Source of the DNA: an uncultured Acidobacteriota bacterium
Lineage (GTDB): Bacteria; Acidobacteriota; Thermoanaerobaculia; Gp7-AA8
Length of the DNA: 64,000 bases
Direction of reading: 5' to 3'
Assembly: GCA_963741955.1 (NCBI GenBank)
Contig: CAVUKB010000005.1
Location: 928,001 to 992,000 of the forward strand
Notes under the pieces: generated by a model
Told to the model about the DNA's origin: nothing
Seen by the model: only the letters and a program-made list of their open reading frames with translations
Database searches by the model: none
Translations under genes and position numbers: made by a program
Shown: piece by piece, positions 58,401-64,000 of the stretch
How the letters are laid out: the number at the start of each line of letters is the position of its first letter
Position numbering within the stretch: position 1 is the stretch's first letter

Positions 58401-58675
58401 ATCGATTGCGTCGGCTGATCGTCGAAGATGGGAGTCCAGGTGCGTCCGTAATCATTCGTCCGCCAGACGCCGCCGTCGCAAACGCCGATGTAGAGCGTGG
58501 GAGGATTGCCGGGGACACCGGCGAGGGCGCGGGTCCGCCCTCCGCGGAGTGGACCGACCACTCTCCACTGCATCCCTTCGTAAAGATTCTCCGGCAGCGG
58601 CTGCGCTTCGCTCGCGATGACCGGGATCAGCAGCGCGAAGCAGGCGGACAGGATCAACGCACGACGGAATCGCAT
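55463..58675 (-). CDS. secreted BNR/Asp-box beta-propeller protein (sortilin/VPS10-like, glycosyl hydrolase-like)
   Basis: Signal peptide; WRVVGP.RGGR, many S/TxDxGxTW Asp boxes, ATHGRSFWILDD. Confidence 0.92.
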   Translation of the reverse strand: MRFRRALILSACFALLIPVIASEAQPLPENLYEGMQWRVVGPLRGGRTRALAGVPGNPPTLYIGVCDGGVWRTNDYGRTWTPIFDDQPTQSIGALAVAPSDPNVLYVASGEGLQRPDLSIGDGIYRSSDAGKTWTHLGLREGQQIPAIAVDPRDPNRLFAAVLGHPFGPNEERGIFRSTDGGKTWKKVLYIDEDTGGNDVDIDPSNPDVVYASFWQGRQGPWEYGNEYGGTKGGVFKSTDGGESWHQLSGGLPDHIVQANLAIAPSKPNRLYMIVGTTLSSGYQSGEGQALYRSDDAGATWTSITDDPRPLMRIGGGDLPMIGVDPKNPDVVYSTAIVTVRSTDGGKTWMSLRGAPGGDDYQNIWIDPTDPNVILLASDQGAVVSANGGRTWSSWYNQPTAQLYHVQANNAFPYRVCSGQQESGSVCIETRGNDGAITFRNWHPVGAIEYGYVAPDPLDSDVVYGAGRNQVSKFHWSTGQVQNVTPIPVLGDEYRVDRTQPIIFSEADPHVLYYAANVVFETRDDGASWKKISPDLARKDPGVPPSVGHLLKTGSTGPHRGVVYALGPSFKTTDTLWAGTDDGLIHVTRDGGKSWKDVTPADLTPWSKVTQITASHFDDLSAYASVSRLRVDDLHPYVYRTHDGGKTWQRITNGIPGDEPVNTVREDPVRKGLLYAGTEKSVRVSFDDGDHWQSLELNLPHSSMRDLWIHGNDLIVATHGRSFWILDDLSPLRQITATTAGSDVTLFNPASAIRVRRDLNTDTPLPADEPMGSNPPAGAIIDYWLGHDATGPVTLDILDANGNLVRRYASTDQPEMTEDELQKQMIPIYWVAPERILPTTAGMHRWVWDLHEPKPVEDSREYPIAAIPHATPRVPQGPLVAPGNFMVKLTANGQTFTAPLTVTMDPRVKASHADLQEQYGIEHRLAGLMAESTRATAAARSIREQIAKLTPRAKGAVAKDLAAVDQKVKVILEGPPKEQKGTSTAPILGQLQGTAGQLYGQIGQVDAAPTAAQREAAATVQRDLRIALDNWTAFEKGDLAALNAKLRAASLPEINPDLKPEAPAAPGDEE

Positions 58676-58749
58676 CGAGAGAACCTCCACGGCGGAAACG
58701 ATCTCGCCGCAAACCTGCTGCGGCGGCAGGAACCATTCTATCCGAGGAC

Positions 58750-59325
58750 CACCGGCTTCCAGCGGGCTGCGCGATCAGGCTCCCGCCCGACCGCGAGGCA
58801 GAGGGGCGCCGGCTTCCAGCCGACTGCGGTCAGGCCTCCGCGCCTGGCCGCGAGGCGCTCGGGAAAAAGAACGAGTCTTGCGTCGTGGCGCGTGCGAATG
58901 GCGGCACGGTCGAGGTGACGAGCGCGGGGCGCTCGTCACGAGCCGGCAGGGATGCCGGCGCTCCTCTCTGGAGGTGGAGAGGCGCCGGCTTCCAGCCGAC
59001 TGCGGTCAGGCCTCCGCGCCTGGCCGCGAGGCGCTCGGGAAAGAGAATGAGTCTTGCGTCGTGGCGGGTGCGAATGGCGGCACGGTCGAGGTGACGAGCG
59101 CGGGGCGCTCGTCACGAGCCGGCAGGGATGCCGGCGCTCCTCTCTGGAGGCGGAGGGGCGCCGGCTTCCAGCCGACTGCGGTCAGGCCTCCGCGCCTGGC
59201 CGCGAGGCGCTCGGGAAAAAGAACGAGTCTTGCGTCGTGGCGGGTGCGAATGGCGGCACGGTCGAGGTGACGAGCGCGGGGCGCTCGTCACGAGCCGGCA
59301 GGGATGCCGGCGCTCCTCTGTGGAG
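58750..59325. repeat. tandem array, 176-bp unit x 3 (family 2, inverted relative to the 23-kb array)
   Basis: GAG.GGCGCCGGCTTCCAGCCGACTGCGG at 58801, 58977 and 59153; contains GTGACGAGC..GCTCGTCAC and GCCGGCAGGGATGCCGGC. Confidence 0.95.
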
Positions 59326-59335
59326 GCACGAGCCG

Positions 59336-60643
59336 TCAGTGTGCCGCGGCGAGCTCGAGCGGCCGGTAGCGCTTCGTCTCCGGGAGGCAGCTCTTGTGCT
59401 CGACGTGATAGAGGAACTCGTCGCGGAACTTCGTGACGGACGAGGCGACCGGCCCGCAGGCGGCGTCACCGAGCGCGCAGAGCGACTTCCCGCCGATGTT
59501 GTCGGTCATGTCGAACAGGAGATCCGCGTCTTCCATCCGGCCGTGGCCATGCTCGATCCGGTCGAGGATCGTCTCCATCCAGTTGGTCCCCTCGCGACAC
59601 GGGGTGCATTGGCCGCACGACTCGTGCGCGAAGAACTTCGAGAGCCGCCAGACGCTGTCGACGATGCAGCTGGTCTCGTCGAGAACGATGACGCCTGCGG
59701 AGCCGAGCATCGAGCCTGCCTTCATGATCGCATCGAACGTGAGCGGCAGATCGATCTCCTCCGGACGAAGCATCGGCGCGGATGCACCGCCAGGGATCAC
59801 GGCCTTGAGCTTCGCGTCGTCGATGATTCCGCCGCAGTGCTCGTAGATCAGCTCTTTCAGGTTGATGGTCATCGGGAACTCGTAGACACCCGGGCGCTTC
59901 ACGCGTCCGGAGACGCAGTAGAGCTTCGGTCCGGTGTTTTTCGGAACGCCGAAACTGCGGAACCACTCTTCTCCCTTGTCGATGATCATCGGGACGCATG
60001 CGAGAGTCTCGACGTTGTTCACCACCGTCGGTCCACCGAAGACGCCGACGATCGCGGGGAACGGCGGCTTGACCCGCGGCTGACCGCGATGTCCTTCCAG
60101 CGACTCGATCAGCCCGGTCTCTTCGCCGCAGATGTAGGCTCCGGCGCCGCGGTGCACGGTGATGTCGAGATCGAATCCGCTGCCGAGAATGTTCTTCCCG
60201 AGAAAACCGCGCTCGCGCGCTTCCGCGAGCGCTTTCTCCAGCACCGTCGACCCGTAGTGGAACTCGCCACGGATGTAGATGTAGGACATCGGGCAGGATC
60301 CAATCGCGTACGCCGAGATGATCATCCCCTCGATGAGCAGATGCGGGTCTTTCTCGATGATCACCCGGTCCTTGAACGTGCCGGGCTCCGACTCGTCGGC
60401 GTTACAGAGGAGGTAGGTCGGCTTCGGAGATTGTTTGGGGACGAAGCCCCACTTCATCCCGGTGGGGAATCCCGCCCCTCCGCGTCCGCGCAACTCCGAT
60501 TTCTTGACCTCTTCGGTCACCTCGCCGGGCTGCATCTTCAGCGCCTTCTTCAGCGCCTCGTATCCGCCCGATGCGATGTAGGTGTCGATCGAGGTCGAGT
60601 TCGGCTTGTCGATATTCGCCGTGAGTACTTTGATCGGTTCCAT
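59336..60643 (-). CDS. nuoF: NADH-quinone oxidoreductase subunit F
   Basis: LRGRGGAGFPTGMKW, NADESEPG, GAGAYICGEET, ESCGQCTPCREG, CALGD. Confidence 0.97.
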   Translation of the reverse strand: MEPIKVLTANIDKPNSTSIDTYIASGGYEALKKALKMQPGEVTEEVKKSELRGRGGAGFPTGMKWGFVPKQSPKPTYLLCNADESEPGTFKDRVIIEKDPHLLIEGMIISAYAIGSCPMSYIYIRGEFHYGSTVLEKALAEARERGFLGKNILGSGFDLDITVHRGAGAYICGEETGLIESLEGHRGQPRVKPPFPAIVGVFGGPTVVNNVETLACVPMIIDKGEEWFRSFGVPKNTGPKLYCVSGRVKRPGVYEFPMTINLKELIYEHCGGIIDDAKLKAVIPGGASAPMLRPEEIDLPLTFDAIMKAGSMLGSAGVIVLDETSCIVDSVWRLSKFFAHESCGQCTPCREGTNWMETILDRIEHGHGRMEDADLLFDMTDNIGGKSLCALGDAACGPVASSVTKFRDEFLYHVEHKSCLPETKRYRPLELAAAH

Positions 60644-61174
60644 CTATTTCAATTTCGCGAGAAGGCTTTTCATCTTCTCGACGTCCATGTTTTCGTGGTA
60701 GTCGTTGTTCACCTGCACCACCGGCGCCGTCCCGCACGAGCCGAGGCACTCGACCTCGGTCACGGTGAAAAGCCCGTCGGGCGTGGTCTGTCCCGGTGCG
60801 AGATGCAGCTCGTCGAGCAGATCGGTATAGATGTCGTACGCCTTCCGGACCATGCAGCTGAGGTTCGTACAGACCTGCAGGTGGTACTTGCCCACCGGCT
60901 TCTGGTTGTACATGTTGTAGAACGAGACGACCCCGAAGACGGCCGAAGGCGGGAGATCGAGGAGCTCACCGACGTAGACGACGGTCTCGGGCGAGATCCA
61001 CCCCCAGACTTCCTGCGCGAGATGGAGAATCGGCAGGAGGGCCGCTTCCCCGTTCGGATAGCGCGTCAGGATGGCCTCGAACTTCGCCTTCGCATCCGGC
61101 GGGAATTCGACTTTCTTGTCGGTCGAGGGGAAACGATCCTCGGCGTAAGGATTGTCGAGACGGAGATTTGCCAT
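60644..61174 (-). CDS. nuoE: NADH-quinone oxidoreductase subunit E
   Basis: LLPILHLAQ, VVSFY, CTNLSC, ECLGSC..AP. Confidence 0.95.
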   Translation of the reverse strand: MANLRLDNPYAEDRFPSTDKKVEFPPDAKAKFEAILTRYPNGEAALLPILHLAQEVWGWISPETVVYVGELLDLPPSAVFGVVSFYNMYNQKPVGKYHLQVCTNLSCMVRKAYDIYTDLLDELHLAPGQTTPDGLFTVTEVECLGSCGTAPVVQVNNDYHENMDVEKMKSLLAKLK

Positions 61175-61177
61175 GCA

Positions 61178-61555
61178 CTATTTCCAGTCGAGCGTCTGCT
61201 TTTTCCAGACGTAGATGTAGCCGGCGGCGAGGAGAACGATGAAGACGAGCATCTCGAAGAAGACGAACCAGACGATCCGTCCCCCGACCACTGTCGTCTC
61301 GCGGTAGATCACCGCCCAGGGATAGAGGAACGCCGCTTCGATGTCGAACAGAATGAACAACATCGCGATCTGATAGAAACGGACGTTCACGCGTTTTCTC
61401 GCCACGTCGAGCAGAGGGACACCGCTCTCGTAGGGGGCGAGCTTCGAAGGATTCCGCTGGTGCCGGCCGATGAACCAGGCCACGCCGAGCAGAACCACCC
61501 CCATCAAGAGGGCGATGATCAACATGATCAGGATCGGAATGAATGAGTTGGTCAT
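61178..61555 (-). CDS. nuoA: NADH-quinone oxidoreductase subunit A
   Basis: K..PYESG, FY.IAMLFILFDIEAAFLYPWA, YVWKK..LDW. Confidence 0.95.
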   Translation of the reverse strand: MTNSFIPILIMLIIALLMGVVLLGVAWFIGRHQRNPSKLAPYESGVPLLDVARKRVNVRFYQIAMLFILFDIEAAFLYPWAVIYRETTVVGGRIVWFVFFEMLVFIVLLAAGYIYVWKKQTLDWK

Positions 61556-61694
61556 GATCGTCCTGAAAAACCGCGCAAATCCTACATGCGGAGGTCTGCG
61601 GAATCAAGCACTGCGGCGGACGTGCCTTCGAGCACCGCCGGACGGCGCCTCGCCGTCTTCGCCGTGAGCCCGGCGCGAACGAACGGCGGGATGT

Positions 61695-62048
61695 TCAGGC
61701 AGGTTCCTGAGAACCGAGATACGCCATCGCCTGATCGCGCGACTCGAAGATCTTGAAGACCGTGTCGAGCTTGGTGATCTTGAGCAGCGCCAGAATCCGG
61801 TGATTCGGCTTGACCAGAACCATCTTCCGCTGCCGGTCCTCGAACTTCTGGAGATAGCCGATCAGCTCACCGAGGCCCGTCGAGTCCATGTAGTTGATGC
61901 TCTCGAAGTTGATCACCACCGGACCCGTCTCGTCGTGGAGGACTTTCTCGAGGTAGCTCGAGAACTCACGCGCGCTCTCCCCCAGTTTGATCACGCCCTG
62001 GATGTCGAGCAGCGTTACACCGCCCTCGCGGTTTCTGATGATGTTCAC
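61695..62048 (-). CDS. STAS-domain anti-sigma factor antagonist
   Basis: INYMDSTGLGELI, LKITKLDTVFKIF; GTG start with GGAGA RBS. Confidence 0.9.
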   Translation of the reverse strand: MNIIRNREGGVTLLDIQGVIKLGESAREFSSYLEKVLHDETGPVVINFESINYMDSTGLGELIGYLQKFEDRQRKMVLVKPNHRILALLKITKLDTVFKIFESRDQAMAYLGSQEPA

Positions 62049-62142
62049 GTCCGATTCTCCAGCTCGAGCAGCAAGCTTACCCGAAATACCAGAGGAGTTT
62101 CCAGTCATCTGACCCTTCCCTTCGGCCGCAGGCTCTCCCGCG

Positions 62143-62493
62143 TCAGTCCTTTTCCTTTTCTACGATCCAGTCGATCAGAACGCCCAGGATCGAGTAGATC
62201 AGCGCACCGATGATCGCCCACCAGAACGTGGTCACCCGGAAACCGGGAACCAGTACGGCCCCGAGCTCGAAGACGACCGCGTTGAGCACCAGCAGAAACA
62301 GCCCCAGGGTGACGATCGTCAGCGGCAACGTGAGCACGAAAAGCACCGGCCGGACGATCGCATTGAGCAGCCCCAGCACCAGGGCGGCGATGAAGAGGAT
62401 GCCGAAGCCGTTCACCGAGATTCCCGGCACGAGGTACGTGACGATGAACAGCGCGACGGCGCTCAGAACCCAGCGTAGTAACAGTCGAGTCAT
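62143..62493 (-). CDS. YvlD/phage-holin-4 family membrane protein
   Basis: AALVLGLLNAIVRP.L..LTLPLTIVTLGLF..V.NA. Confidence 0.92.
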   Translation of the reverse strand: MTRLLLRWVLSAVALFIVTYLVPGISVNGFGILFIAALVLGLLNAIVRPVLFVLTLPLTIVTLGLFLLVLNAVVFELGAVLVPGFRVTTFWWAIIGALIYSILGVLIDWIVEKEKD

Positions 62494-62672
62494 CGGATCT
62501 CCTCGAGGAGCGGATTGTATCCCAGCCCGGACTTCTCGCACTCTCCATGCGCTGGAGCCGGATCGCGGCCCGTCTTCTGCGGTGCGTGTGTCGGCGGAAT
62601 GAGGGTCGGGGCTGCAGATCCGGAGAGTTGCAGAGGCGGAAGAAAGGAAGAGCGCAGACTCCTATCTCGGGA

Positions 62673-63059
62673 TCACGCCGGAGAGTCTCCGGATCCCGGA
62701 AGATAGCGGCGGATCGAGGTGACGAAGGTTTTCACGTCGATCGGTTTGGAGATGTAGCCGTCGCATCCGGCTGCGAGAAACCGGTCCCGATCGCCGCGCA
62801 TGGCATGTGCCGTCAGCGCGAGCACCGGTGTGTTCGCGGTGCGGTCACTCTTCTTGAGGGCCCGGACGACGCTCAGCCCGTCCATCCCCGGGAGGTGGAT
62901 GTCCATCAGGATCAGATCGGGAGTCTCGCGCGAGGTCAGGTCGAGCGCTTCTTCACCCGATGCAGCTTTGAGGATCGCGAAGCCCCCCTCCTCGAGGAGG
63001 TACTCCACCAGCTGCATGTTCATGTCATTGTCTTCCACGACCAGAACTTTGGGCGGCAT
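62673..63059 (-). CDS. single-domain response regulator (DivK-like)
   Basis: VVEDN, DLILMDIHLPGMDG, ALTAHAM, GCDGYISKP. Confidence 0.95.
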   Translation of the reverse strand: MPPKVLVVEDNDMNMQLVEYLLEEGGFAILKAASGEEALDLTSRETPDLILMDIHLPGMDGLSVVRALKKSDRTANTPVLALTAHAMRGDRDRFLAAGCDGYISKPIDVKTFVTSIRRYLPGSGDSPA

Positions 63060-63280
63060 GTCTCACCTGTTTGGGGGATGCCGACAGTGTATCACTGATG
63101 TAGCGGGCGGATCCCGGATCGCTGGCCGTTGAAACTCTCCTGCTGCGAAAGCGGATCAGCAGGTCAGGCCCGCACCATCTGCCTTCCGGCGACGCTCCGG
63201 TTTCCGGCGACCGGGCGCCGAGCGGCACGACGGTAACCGCCGTGCCGCTCCGGTGTGCAACGCCGTGCGGGTTCCTGGTC

Positions 63281-64000
63281 TTACTTCTTCGGAGCGGTCG
63301 ACGACGGCGCCGCAGCGGTCGGTTCGGCTGCGGCGGACTCCTTCGGCTCAGGCGGAACGACCTTCTCGTTGTAATCCACCTTCGCTTTTCCGGTCAGATC
63401 CTCGACGACCTTCTCGGCCTTCCTCCGCTGCGCCTCGCGCTGAAGAGCGTCCTTGACCTCGTCGAACGAGGCGTAGTCCTTCTTCTGCACCAGGAACACG
63501 TGATAGCCGTACCGGCTCTTGATCGGCTGGCTGACCTGGTTCGGCGGGAGCTCGAACAGCACCTGCCGGATCTCTGCCGGGACCTCGGCCGGATGGAGGT
63601 CCTTGAAACTCCCACCCTGCTGCGGTGCAGCGGGATCGTCGGATTCGGCACGGGCGATCGCGGTGAAGCTCTCACCCTTCTTCACCCGCTCCACGATCCG
63701 CTCTGCGAGCGCCTTCGCCTGCGCCTCGGTGCGGCTCTTCCCTCCCCGCACCGGAACCTGCGAGCCGTCGTAGGCAATCAGGATCTGCCGCCCGCCGACG
63801 ATCGCGAATTTGTCGTGCTCGGTGTCGTAGAGCTTCTGCAACTCCGCCGGCGAGATCTCCTTCGAGAGCTTGTCGACCGCCGCCGACGCGAGGATGTTCG
63901 CCGTGTCCAGCGCGATCATCGCCCGGATCTTCGGATCCTTGTCCAGACCGAGCTTCTCGGCTTCCTGTTCGAGCACTTTCATCCGCACCAGCTCCCGGGC
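63281..64000 (-). CDS. PpiC-type peptidyl-prolyl isomerase, partial (5' end outside window)
   Basis: RQILI, F..IAR.ESDD...GG, SQPIKSRYGYHVF; paralog of 11611-12525. Confidence 0.88.
   Translation of the reverse strand, partial: ARELVRMKVLEQEAEKLGLDKDPKIRAMIALDTANILASAAVDKLSKEISPAELQKLYDTEHDKFAIVGGRQILIAYDGSQVPVRGGKSRTEAQAKALAERIVERVKKGESFTAIARAESDDPAAPQQGGSFKDLHPAEVPAEIRQVLFELPPNQVSQPIKSRYGYHVFLVQKKDYASFDEVKDALQREAQRRKAEKVVEDLTGKAKVDYNEKVVPPEPKESAAAEPTAAAPSSTAPKK

Noticed and set aside
62143-62493. 'Phage holin' as evidence of a prophage
   Set aside because: The YvlD-like family is a common chromosomal membrane protein, and there are no phage genes nearby.

Overview
This is GC-rich bacterial chromosomal DNA, most likely Acidobacteriota (Thermoanaerobaculia-like). 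That placement is inferred from gene content, a PheT lacking its OB-fold domain and REP-rich intergenic DNA. Most of the window is housekeeping: folK, lemA/TPM, ctpA, tatA/B-tatC, two PpiC-type foldases, an aminotransferase, trmH-like, rsmI, pgsA, tRNA-Leu(CAG), pheT, meaB, two acyl-CoA dehydrogenases, glpX, rluA, nuoA/E/F and several secreted peptidases. Accessory elements are scattered through it. (1) A secreted protein with a C-terminal MepA-like murein-endopeptidase domain is translationally coupled to two tandem, partly identical secreted paralogs; this is a candidate undescribed toxin/immunity or wall-remodelling module. (2) An OsmC-family gene missed by the ORF track has an in-frame TGA at the catalytic Cys and a SECIS-like hairpin, making it a candidate selenoprotein. 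(3) A MenA1/MenT1-like toxin-antitoxin pair lies between two copies of an atypical peptide deformylase, and there is also an MNT-HEPN pair. (4) An IS1380 element has MITEs stacked next to it at CTAG sites, and a second MITE family brackets meaB and an acyl-CoA dehydrogenase. (5) Five large tandem arrays of REP-like hairpins are present. (6) A 5'-truncated RHS/YD gene runs off the left edge. (7) Many genes show a -10 box 5-9 nt before the start codon, the signature of leaderless mRNAs. All calls come from reading motifs by eye; no database searches were run.
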